From: Oscillospiraceae bacterium
GTDB lineage: Bacteria; Bacillota; Clostridia; UMGS1883; UMGS1540
Length of the DNA stretch: 64,000 bases
Assembly: GCA_015068765.1 (NCBI GenBank)
Contig: SVJY01000003.1
Coordinates: 1,416-65,415, forward strand
Direction of reading: 5' to 3'
Below are positions 12,425 through 19,831 of this stretch, piece by piece. Position 1 is the stretch's first letter, and every line of letters starts with the position of its first letter. The notes beneath the pieces were generated by a model. The model was not told where the DNA came from. It was given only the letters and a program-made list of their open reading frames with translations, and did no database searches. A program made the position numbers and the translations under genes.

Positions 12425-12687
12425 GGGGAATCAAACCCCATAAGCCTTAAACTTGTTAAATTTGCACACTTCCAATTTGTCGTCCTCGAAAGGCGTTAGC
12501 CTATCTTCGTCCTCCGCATTGAAATTGCACTAAATTTCTCTGCGTTTAAGGTCGAAGAGCTTAAAATCTTTAAATTTGGATGGAAGACAAAGAAAATACA
12601 AAAATAATGGCGTATATTTGCAGGATTTTCTGCAGTATTACGCAAAATTTATGTTTTTAAGCCTTATGGGGTTTGACTCCCCTTAGC
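12420..12687. repeat. MITE-like element with ~31-bp terminal inverted repeats
   Basis: Left arm gctaaggggaatcaaaccccataagccttaa (12420-12450). The reverse complement of the right arm (12657-12687) is gctaaggggagtcaaaccccataaggcttaa, 29/31 identical. Weaker inverted similarity continues about 25 bp inward. No ORF inside. Confidence 0.6.
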
Positions 12688-12708
12688 TTATAAGAAGGAG
12701 AATTGGGA

Positions 12709-14568
12709 ATGTCCCTTTGGAAAAGACTGAAAGAAGTAGTAATAGGAAAACCGGTTGCCCCGGCAAAGCCGGCACCGCTGCCTCCCCTACCTCCCATACC
12801 GCAAAAAAAGGCGGCACAGGGCGAGCAGAGGCCAAAGAAGGTGCCGCCGCAGCCGGCAAAAAAGCCGTCCCCGTTTCAGCCGGTAAAGGCCCAGGTGCTG
12901 GCCTATAATAAAATGCACGCAGACTATAAAAAAATGAAACAGCTTCTGGGCGAAAACAATACGGCGGAGGCTATAAAAAAGGCCCGGCAGGTGGTTTCCC
13001 AGTGTCTAAATCTGGAAGGGATGCGGAAAAATCTTCCGCCGGATAATAAACGGCATTTGCAAAAGCTCCAGGAGCTGAAAAAAAAGGATGTTATCGGGGA
13101 GAGCATCGGACGGCAGTATGAAAAAACCATAGTCATGCTCAGCCCGGAAAAGGAAGCCGCTTTTGACGGCAAAAAAGCCGAGGAGCTTATCCAGAGCCTG
13201 GGCAGGATTGTGAATTACGAAAAAACAGAGATTTTTAAGAAGGGTGCCGCTGAAAAATCGAAAAAGCAGCCGGCAAAGCCGCCGAAAAAGCAGAGCCAGC
13301 CGAAGGTCAATTTGTCCTTCAAGGCAAAGGAAACAAAGGGAAAGACGGCACCGGTAAGCTTTGAAAAGGAAAACAGGGCACTTTTAGGGCGCATGAAAAC
13401 GGCAAAAACCTATCTGGCACAGAAAAAGCTGACGGAAAGCCTGTCCCATTTAAGACAGGCACTGGAAAGCATGGCACGGACGCTGTGCAAAGCATACGGC
13501 GTTCGGGAAACACCCAATATGACCTTGGAAAACCGGATTGATGCACTCCGTGCACCGGTGCTCCTGTCACCGGGACAGGCGAATATTTTCCATCAGGTCC
13601 GGCAGATTGCGAACCGGGGGGCCCATTTCAGCGAAAACCCCCCATCGGTAAGCGATGCGGAAAAGGCATATTCGCTTGCGGAAGAGGTGCTTTATATGTA
13701 CCGCACGATTTTGCAAAACGAGAAGAAGAATGATGCCAACGTACCCTTAGGCGGCCCGGAATATTATTCCCCCAACCGAAAGTATTACGGCCGCTGGTAC
13801 GACCTGAATACCCGGCAGGCCCTTTCCATGAATACAGAGTTTATGCAGCTCCAGGAAAAGGCGGAGGGCGGCGATATCGGAGCCATGCTGGACATTGCGG
13901 TGGGCTTTTTGCCTGCCAATATCCCCTGGACAGGGGTAAGCCTTGTCCGGCATCCGGAAAATGCACGGTTTTGCGATCCCTATGATGCCCGGTATTATTA
14001 CTGGATCACCCGGGCCTGTGATGCGGCGTATACGGACTGGAGGCTGGGGAAACCGCTTCCCCTCCCCTATCTGGCTACCGCCCTTTTAGAGGGGCTGAAA
14101 TTTTACGTGTACCATGAATATCACCGCCGCCATCCCGGCAATACGGATGCGGAGGACCAGTATCATAAGGTGGTAAACTTTATGTTCGGCAAATTCCGGG
14201 GAAAGAAAGAGGATTTTGCCGATATGCTCCTTGCCATGATGGAGGAATACGGAAACCAGAAAATCATCTGCCCCATCCATGCGGAGCAGACGAAAAATCA
14301 CGTCAAATTCCTTTTATATCTGTCAGGGGTACAGTATAAAGCGGAGCGTTGGTACGGCGGCCGGGACGTGGGGTTTACATATTCGCTCAAAAATGGCAGA
14401 AGCGAGCTCACGCCGGAAAAGTATGCCATCTCTCCCGAGGATAAGGGAAAGACCTGCAACAGCACGGTGGAGAAATATCACGATTTTGTGTACGATATGC
14501 ATCATGCCTACTGTAAGCAGATCGGGCATCGGTATCTTGAAACATACCGGCGTAGCTTTGCGAAATAA
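12709..14568 (+). CDS. Hypothetical 619-aa protein: Pro/Lys-rich N-terminus, central DUF4145-like helical segment, Tyr/His/Trp-rich C-terminal region
   Basis: ATG 12709 lies 10 nt after RBS aaggag. RIDALRAPVLLSPGQANIFHQVRQIANRGAHFSENPPSVSDAEKAYSLAEEVLYMY resembles the DUF4145 pattern (..lR..gN.aaH...). That recognition is from memory only. Confidence 0.6.
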   Translation: MSLWKRLKEVVIGKPVAPAKPAPLPPLPPIPQKKAAQGEQRPKKVPPQPAKKPSPFQPVKAQVLAYNKMHADYKKMKQLLGENNTAEAIKKARQVVSQCLNLEGMRKNLPPDNKRHLQKLQELKKKDVIGESIGRQYEKTIVMLSPEKEAAFDGKKAEELIQSLGRIVNYEKTEIFKKGAAEKSKKQPAKPPKKQSQPKVNLSFKAKETKGKTAPVSFEKENRALLGRMKTAKTYLAQKKLTESLSHLRQALESMARTLCKAYGVRETPNMTLENRIDALRAPVLLSPGQANIFHQVRQIANRGAHFSENPPSVSDAEKAYSLAEEVLYMYRTILQNEKKNDANVPLGGPEYYSPNRKYYGRWYDLNTRQALSMNTEFMQLQEKAEGGDIGAMLDIAVGFLPANIPWTGVSLVRHPENARFCDPYDARYYYWITRACDAAYTDWRLGKPLPLPYLATALLEGLKFYVYHEYHRRHPGNTDAEDQYHKVVNFMFGKFRGKKEDFADMLLAMMEEYGNQKIICPIHAEQTKNHVKFLLYLSGVQYKAERWYGGRDVGFTYSLKNGRSELTPEKYAISPEDKGKTCNSTVEKYHDFVYDMHHAYCKQIGHRYLETYRRSFAK

Positions 14569-14616
14569 GCCGTTTTTGTCCTTTCGGATAAAAAAAGATT
14601 TTTTTAGAAAAAAGAC

Positions 14617-14645
14617 TTGCATTTTTGCGTTATCCGTGGTATACT
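14617..14645 (+). promoter_or_regulatory. Sigma-A-type promoter of the tRNA pair
   Basis: TTGCAT (14617-14622), 17-bp spacer, then extended -10 TGgTATACT (14637-14645). Confidence 0.6.
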
Positions 14646-14675
14646 AATCTGAGCGGTTTCACAAAAATGCAATAT

Positions 14676-14750
14676 GGCCCCTTGGTCAAGCGGTTAAGAC
14701 ATCGCCCTTTCACGGCGGTAACACGAGTTCGATTCTCGTAGGGGTCACCA
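14676..14750 (+). tRNA. tRNA-Glu (anticodon UUC)
   Basis: Cloverleaf folded by hand. Acceptor GGCCCCT/AGGGGTC; anticodon stem-loop TCGCC-CTTTCAC-GGCGG; T-arm GAGTTCGATTCTC; encoded CCA. Confidence 0.9.
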
Positions 14751-14753
14751 CAT

Positions 14754-14830
14754 GGGCCCTTAGCTCAGTTGGTTAGAGCATTCGGCTCATAACCGAACGG
14801 TCCCGGGTTCGAGTCCCTGAGGGCCCACCA
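14754..14830 (+). tRNA. tRNA with CAU anticodon (elongator Met or lysidine-modified Ile2; not initiator-like)
   Basis: GGGCCCTTAGCTCAGTTGGTTAGAGC...TTCGG-CTCATAA-CCGAA...GGTTCGAGTCC...GGGCCCACCA. The anticodon stem lacks the three G-C pairs of initiators. The Ile-like D-arm favours Ile2, but identity cannot be settled by eye. Confidence 0.85.
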
Positions 14831-14832
14831 CG

Positions 14833-14866
14833 TCGAAGCAAAGTTCGCTTTGCTTCGATTTTTTTA
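14833..14866 (+). terminator. Intrinsic terminator after the tRNA pair
   Basis: Stem tcgaagcaaag / ctttgcttcga with a ttcg loop, followed by a T8 run. Confidence 0.8.
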
Positions 14867-15082
14867 TACAAAAAATCTTCGCCTGCTTCCTTGCTTCTCC
14901 TCTTTCGTAAAAGGTCACGTTCAAGTCGGCTATTCGCTTGCAAGCGCGCTCATAACGCCTTTGTTTCACTACCAACCTTTTCCGAGTGTGCCTGCGGCAC
15001 ATATTTCCCATCTTTCTTTTCTCAAAGTTCGCTTTGCTTCGATGTTTTATGCAAAAACTCCGTGGGTCTACAAATATTTTTC

Positions 15083-15111
15083 TTGCTATTTTCCCTAATA
15101 TGTGGTAGACT
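15083..15111 (+). promoter_or_regulatory. Predicted promoter (extended -10)
   Basis: TTGCTA (15083-15088), 17 bp, TGgTAGACT (15103-15111). Confidence 0.45.
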
Positions 15112-15116
15112 ATATT

Positions 15117-15215
15117 TGCGACACATCTGAATATTTTAGCCATAGTAGGTGCAATTAATAATGGTAAAAATGCATCCTCTTTTTTGCACCTTTATGGCGT
15201 AAAAGATGTGTCGCA
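15117..15215 (+). ncRNA. Predicted ~100-nt rod-like hairpin (leader RNA or palindromic element)
   Basis: Perfect 12-bp outer stem tgcgacacatct (15117-15128) / agatgtgtcgca (15204-15215). Nested stems gccata/tatggc and aggtgcaa/ttgcacct. It begins at the expected transcription start of the promoter above. Confidence 0.4.
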
Positions 15216-15238
15216 GCATTTGAGGTTATGCATTTTTC

Positions 15239-15265
15239 ATGCGTAGCTTCGGCTGCGCATTTTTT
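15239..15265 (+). terminator. Intrinsic terminator immediately upstream of a small ORF
   Basis: atgcgtagc-TTCG-gctgcgcat hairpin (UUCG tetraloop) followed by T6. The RBS aggaga and ATG 15284 follow within 20 nt. Confidence 0.65.
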
Positions 15266-15283
15266 AATTTTCAGGAGAAAGAA

Positions 15284-15517
15284 ATGAAAATAAAGCTTGA
15301 ACTTTTAAGAAACTACATGACCGACTTTATAACACACCGATTGGAAGATTTTGAAATTAATGCATCGCAAATTGCCGATTCAACCGCCACGCAGATATTG
15401 TCTGAAATACAAAAAGTAATACAAAATGAAGAATATTCTGATTTTGATGTTGTAGAGAAAATCGTTCACATCTTTGAAAACTATCATATGGATTGCGGTT
15501 GCCGGCACGATTTTTAA
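15284..15517 (+). CDS. Hypothetical small acidic protein (77 aa)
   Basis: The aggaga RBS lies 7 nt before the ATG. Sequence MKIKLELLRNYMTDFITHRLEDFEINASQIAD...HMDCGCRHDF. No family recognised. Confidence 0.55.
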   Translation: MKIKLELLRNYMTDFITHRLEDFEINASQIADSTATQILSEIQKVIQNEEYSDFDVVEKIVHIFENYHMDCGCRHDF

Positions 15518-15656
15518 TCGCTTGCACAAGCACAAAATGCATCCGGACGCTCCTCCGGGGAAAAGAACATTGCATTTTCTGTAAGGATATGGTATACTTA
15601 AGCTGAAAGCCGGAAGGGCTTTTAGTGTATCAGCACATTACGATAGGAGGAGCAGG

Positions 15657-16610
15657 ATGAACATTGTAATTTTAGACCGGCTGACCCTGGGCGAGGATTT
15701 GGACATTTCCGCGGCAGATGCCCTTGGCACAGTGGTTTCTTATGACAATACGCCGCCCGGAGCGGTGGCAGAGCGGATCGGCGATGCGGAGGTTGTTTAT
15801 ATCAATAAAATCAAGCTTTCGGAGGAAAATCTGCAAAACGCCCACCGTCTTCGGCTTATCTGCGTGGCGGCAACCGGCTATGATAACGTTGACATCGACT
15901 ATTGCCGAAAGAAGGGGATTGCCGTTTGCAACGTGCCGGGGTATTCGGTATACAGCGTCGCCCAGCTTACCGTCTCCATGGTGCTGTATCTATCCGGACA
16001 CATGCCTGCCTACACCCGATTTACCGCCAGCGGTGCCTACACAAAAAGCGGTACCGCCAACCGCTTAACGCCCGTTTGCCACGAGCTGTACGGGAAGACC
16101 TGGGGCATCGTGGGCTACGGTGCCATCGGGGCAAGGGTGGGAGAAATCGCCAAGGCACTGGGCTGCTCGGTTCTGGCATTTAAACGGACGCCAACGCCGG
16201 ATACAGCCTGCACCGATATCGACACACTGATGGAAAAAAGTGATATTATTTCCGTGCATATTCCCCTTTCCGAGGAGACGCGGGGCCTCATTAGCCGGGA
16301 ACGAATCGGCAAAATGAAAAAGACGGCTATTTTCGTAAACACGGCCCGGGGTGCCGTTACCGACGAGGCGGCCCTTTGTGATGCCCTTCGGGAAGGAAAA
16401 ATTGCGGCACTGGGCACAGACGTCTACTCGGTAGAGCCCTTTGGCGAGGACAGTCCCTTTTACGGGATAAAAGAGTATGAAAACGTGTGTCTGACCCCCC
16501 ACATGGCATGGGGCACCATCGAGGCGAGAGAGCGATGCTTTAATGAAATGCTGCAAAACACAGCCGCTTTCTTTTCCGGGGAAATCCGAAACCGGGTGGA
16601 TATAAAATAA
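15657..16610 (+). CDS. D-isomer-specific 2-hydroxyacid dehydrogenase (glycerate/hydroxypyruvate reductase-like)
   Basis: NAD-binding GIVGYGAIGARVG, and the catalytic region FVNTARGAVTDEAAL...TDVYSVEP...LTPHMAW. Confidence 0.88.
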   Translation: MNIVILDRLTLGEDLDISAADALGTVVSYDNTPPGAVAERIGDAEVVYINKIKLSEENLQNAHRLRLICVAATGYDNVDIDYCRKKGIAVCNVPGYSVYSVAQLTVSMVLYLSGHMPAYTRFTASGAYTKSGTANRLTPVCHELYGKTWGIVGYGAIGARVGEIAKALGCSVLAFKRTPTPDTACTDIDTLMEKSDIISVHIPLSEETRGLISRERIGKMKKTAIFVNTARGAVTDEAALCDALREGKIAALGTDVYSVEPFGEDSPFYGIKEYENVCLTPHMAWGTIEARERCFNEMLQNTAAFFSGEIRNRVDIK

Positions 16611-16638
16611 AAATATTTATAAAAGTGGAGGTTTTGGT

Positions 16639-17451
16639 ATGGCAAAATTTTGCGAAAAATGCGGCAAGCCTTTAGGGGACGCCGCAACCTGTCCGCACTG
16701 TGATAGGAAAAGGACGAAGGGAAAAGGGAAGCGGATTGTCACCATTTTGCTTTTAGTGCTTTCCATTTATACTGCCCTACTGATTACAGGCGGTGTGCTG
16801 GTGTATTTTGACAAGATTTCTATTCCGTTTTTAAACGACATTTTCCTTTATATGGGCATAAAGGACGAGACGGCGGCCCCGCTACCGGCGACGGAGGTAT
16901 CGGAAGAGACGGCGGAGCCGACACAGACGCCGGAAAACACATTGGCGGACCCGTATAAAGTAACACCGCCGGACGTAAACGAGCTTTTTGCACAGACGGC
17001 AACCGTTTTGGAAACGATTCCGGCAAGAGACTCTTCTACGGTACAGGCGGAAACGGCCGCCTACAAAAACCTTACCGATCGAGGCTTTTCCGGGGATGGC
17101 GTTACCACCATGTACGACATGGACGGCGTATATAGCGAGCAGTATCGGATTTCCTCGTCTTCCTCCGAAAGGCATCCCATGTACCAGACCGCATACCAAA
17201 GTGCCGAGGGTATTTATTGGGAAATTTATGAAATCAACGGTGCCGTTTTTGCAAATCCGGTTTCCTACAATCTGGAACGGGGCGAGGAAGTGCCGGTTAT
17301 CCTTTCGGAATCCGAATCCATTGTAAGCTATGACAGCACCACCAATTCGTTTTATGTTATCATTCCGAAGACGCTTTCCGTGAAAACCGTGGAGAAAATT
17401 GACGCACAAAGCCTTGATATGCTGACGAAGGGAGCGATTGATGCCTTATGA
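16639..17451 (+). CDS. Zinc-ribbon membrane protein, hypothetical
   Basis: N-terminal CxxC...CxxC (FCEKCGKPLGDAATCPHCD), one TM helix, then an extracytoplasmic domain. The stop overlaps the next start (ATGA at 17448-17451). Confidence 0.65.
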   Translation: MAKFCEKCGKPLGDAATCPHCDRKRTKGKGKRIVTILLLVLSIYTALLITGGVLVYFDKISIPFLNDIFLYMGIKDETAAPLPATEVSEETAEPTQTPENTLADPYKVTPPDVNELFAQTATVLETIPARDSSTVQAETAAYKNLTDRGFSGDGVTTMYDMDGVYSEQYRISSSSSERHPMYQTAYQSAEGIYWEIYEINGAVFANPVSYNLERGEEVPVILSESESIVSYDSTTNSFYVIIPKTLSVKTVEKIDAQSLDMLTKGAIDAL

Positions 17452-19571
17452 TCAAACAGAATAAAAGAGCACGGATGGCCGCGAGCCTTCTTCTATGCGT
17501 TCTCCTTCTCCTACAGCTTCCCCTTAGTGTCGGGGCAGAAAAGGACAGTAAAATCATTGTTTCTATGGGAGATTCTTTTTCCTCCGGTGAAGGGATACCC
17601 CCTTTTTACGGGCAAAACGTCCCACTTTCCGCGAAGGTGCTTGACGAGGACTGGATTTCTCACCGTTCCCAAAACAGCTGGCCCGGTCAGCTGACCTTGC
17701 CCGGCGTAAGCGGTGAAATGAAGGATCACCGGGACGAAAACTGGTATTTTGTGGCTACCTCCGGAGCAAAAACCGAACATATCACCGGTAGCTTTAATAA
17801 GAAATTTGACCGGGACGGTCTGTCCGGCTCGACGAATGTCACCCCTCAGATTGCGGTATTTGACCGACTGCGGGAGGAGGGCAAACAGGCGGATTACGTC
17901 ACGCTCTCCATCGGCGGTAACGATGCGAGGTTCAGCGATGTGGTTATAGAATCGATTAAGTCTACGTTCCTGGTATCCCCGAGCCTTTTGACCGACAAGC
18001 TGAATGCGGTCTGGAATAATTTTTATAAGGAAGGCGGAATCCGAGACAAGCTTTTCAAGACGTATCAGGACATTGCCGCGGCGGCAGGCGAGCAGGCAAA
18101 AATTATTGTGGTAGGCTATCCCACGCTTATGGAGGCCGACGGCAAGGGTCTGCCGTTTTCCAAGGATGCCGCTACCCAGGTCAATGATTCGGTGCGGCGA
18201 TTTAACGACGAAATTGAAGCGATTGTCAATGCCTGCAAGGCTTCCGGGATGCGAATTTGCTTCGTTTCGGTGGAGGATGCCTTTTCCGGCCATGAGGCCT
18301 ATGCCGCCACGCCCTATATCCGAGGCGTAGAGCTTTTCAGCCAGGACCAGGATTTAGAGGAAGGTAAGCCCAGTGCCTACTCCATGCACCCCAATGAGGA
18401 AGGGGCGAAGCAGTACGCGGCGTGCGTGCAGGCAAAAATTGACGAGATTGAAAAGGACGGTGGTGCTTCCGAATGGCCCACCATGACCGGCTCCGACGAG
18501 CGGGAGGTTGTACTGGTGCTGGATGCCTCCAGCAGCATGAACGGCACGCCCATCCGAGAAACGAAGGAAGCGGCCATAAAGTTTGTTTCCACCGTTTTAA
18601 AAGAGGATGCCAGCATTGCCACGGTGCTTTATGACACCGACCCCATGCTGGTGGCAGATTTTTCCCAAAACGAAACCTATCTACATAACGCCATCCGGAA
18701 TGTAAACGCCGGGGGCAGTACCAATACAGAGGGCGGCCTTGCCATGGCCCATGAAAAGCTCCAAAAAAGTGATGCTAAAAAGAAAATTATCGTTTTGATG
18801 AGCGACGGCGAGCCTAACATAGGCAAAACCGGGGACGAGCTGATTGCCTATGCGGATGCCATCAAGGAGGAAGGGATTCTTATCTACACCCTGGGCTTCT
18901 TTTCCTCCGGCAGCCATAGTGCCCAGGCACTGATGGAAAAAATGGCGAGCGAGGGCTGTCACTTTGAAGTGGACGATGCCCAAAACCTTGTATTCTTCTT
19001 CGGGGACATTGCAGACCAGATTCGGGGCGAAAAGTACATTTACGTCCGCATTGCCTGCCCGGTGGACGTAACCGTTTCCTACGAAGGAGAAACCCTGTCC
19101 TCTAAAGGGGCAGAAAAATATCAGCGTACTGATTTCGGCACGCTCACCTTTGAAGAAAATGAAGAACCGGCAGAGGAGCCGGACGTCGATAACCGCATCA
19201 AAACCCTTCGTCTTAAAGACGGTGTTTCCTATGATATCCACATTGACGGCAACGGCAAGGGCAAAATGTCATATACCATCGGCTTTATGAACGAGGACAG
19301 CGAATACAGTGATTTGCGGAAATTTGAAAATATCCGGATTACCAAGAGCACGGAAATCGACACGGTTGCCGCAAACGCCTCCTCCACGATGCTGCGTGTG
19401 GACCAGGACGGGGACGGCAAGTATGACCAGATTTATAAGGCAAAGGAAAACGGCAAGGGTAAGCAGGTTCGCTACGATACAACCATTTATATTCTGCTTG
19501 CACCGGTCGGGCTTCTGCTTCTCATCGTCCTTGCACTGATCGTTAAAAAGAAGCTGAAAAAGAAGGCATAA
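17448..19571 (+). CDS. Secreted SGNH/GDSL hydrolase fused to a von Willebrand A domain, with a C-terminal TM anchor
   Basis: Signal peptide. SGNH blocks MGDSFSSGEG, LSIGGNDA, HPNEEG. VWA MIDAS LDASSSMNG...GSTNTEGG...LMSDGEPN. C-terminal helix ILLAPVGLLLLIVLALIV followed by KKKLKKKA. Confidence 0.8.
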   Translation: MIKQNKRARMAASLLLCVLLLLQLPLSVGAEKDSKIIVSMGDSFSSGEGIPPFYGQNVPLSAKVLDEDWISHRSQNSWPGQLTLPGVSGEMKDHRDENWYFVATSGAKTEHITGSFNKKFDRDGLSGSTNVTPQIAVFDRLREEGKQADYVTLSIGGNDARFSDVVIESIKSTFLVSPSLLTDKLNAVWNNFYKEGGIRDKLFKTYQDIAAAAGEQAKIIVVGYPTLMEADGKGLPFSKDAATQVNDSVRRFNDEIEAIVNACKASGMRICFVSVEDAFSGHEAYAATPYIRGVELFSQDQDLEEGKPSAYSMHPNEEGAKQYAACVQAKIDEIEKDGGASEWPTMTGSDEREVVLVLDASSSMNGTPIRETKEAAIKFVSTVLKEDASIATVLYDTDPMLVADFSQNETYLHNAIRNVNAGGSTNTEGGLAMAHEKLQKSDAKKKIIVLMSDGEPNIGKTGDELIAYADAIKEEGILIYTLGFFSSGSHSAQALMEKMASEGCHFEVDDAQNLVFFFGDIADQIRGEKYIYVRIACPVDVTVSYEGETLSSKGAEKYQRTDFGTLTFEENEEPAEEPDVDNRIKTLRLKDGVSYDIHIDGNGKGKMSYTIGFMNEDSEYSDLRKFENIRITKSTEIDTVAANASSTMLRVDQDGDGKYDQIYKAKENGKGKQVRYDTTIYILLAPVGLLLLIVLALIVKKKLKKKA

Positions 19572-19831
19572 CGACTCCTTCTCCCCCGGTTCAAAGGCAG
19601 GCTTTTATCAAAAATACAAGTAAGTGAGAAGAAGTGGGTATAGTCAAATCCGATTTAAAAAAATCGTTTTGCTACACCCACTTCTTATTCTTCTTTAAAT
19701 ACTTTCCGAACCGCCTCAAGATATCCGTACCCATACAGGTTATCCGGCAGAAGATAGCTTGATTCGGCGTGTTATTCTTGGTAACAGCATCCCGATATTC
19801 TTTGGTCCCGGGATTATTATCCCAGCCGATA

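Noticed and set aside
14787-15143. 118-aa minus-strand ORF
   Set aside because: It overlaps tRNA-CAU and its terminator, and has no RBS. Spurious.
19690-19831. Protein-like reverse-strand reading just downstream of the GH127-like stop (..IGWDNNPGTKEYRDAVTKNNTPNQAIF.. and, in another frame, LPDNLYGYGYLEAVRKVFKEE-stop); possible gene remnant
   Set aside because: There is no start codon, the two plausible pieces are in different frames, and each is under 60 codons. It could be a decayed gene tail, but the evidence is too thin to call a pseudogene.
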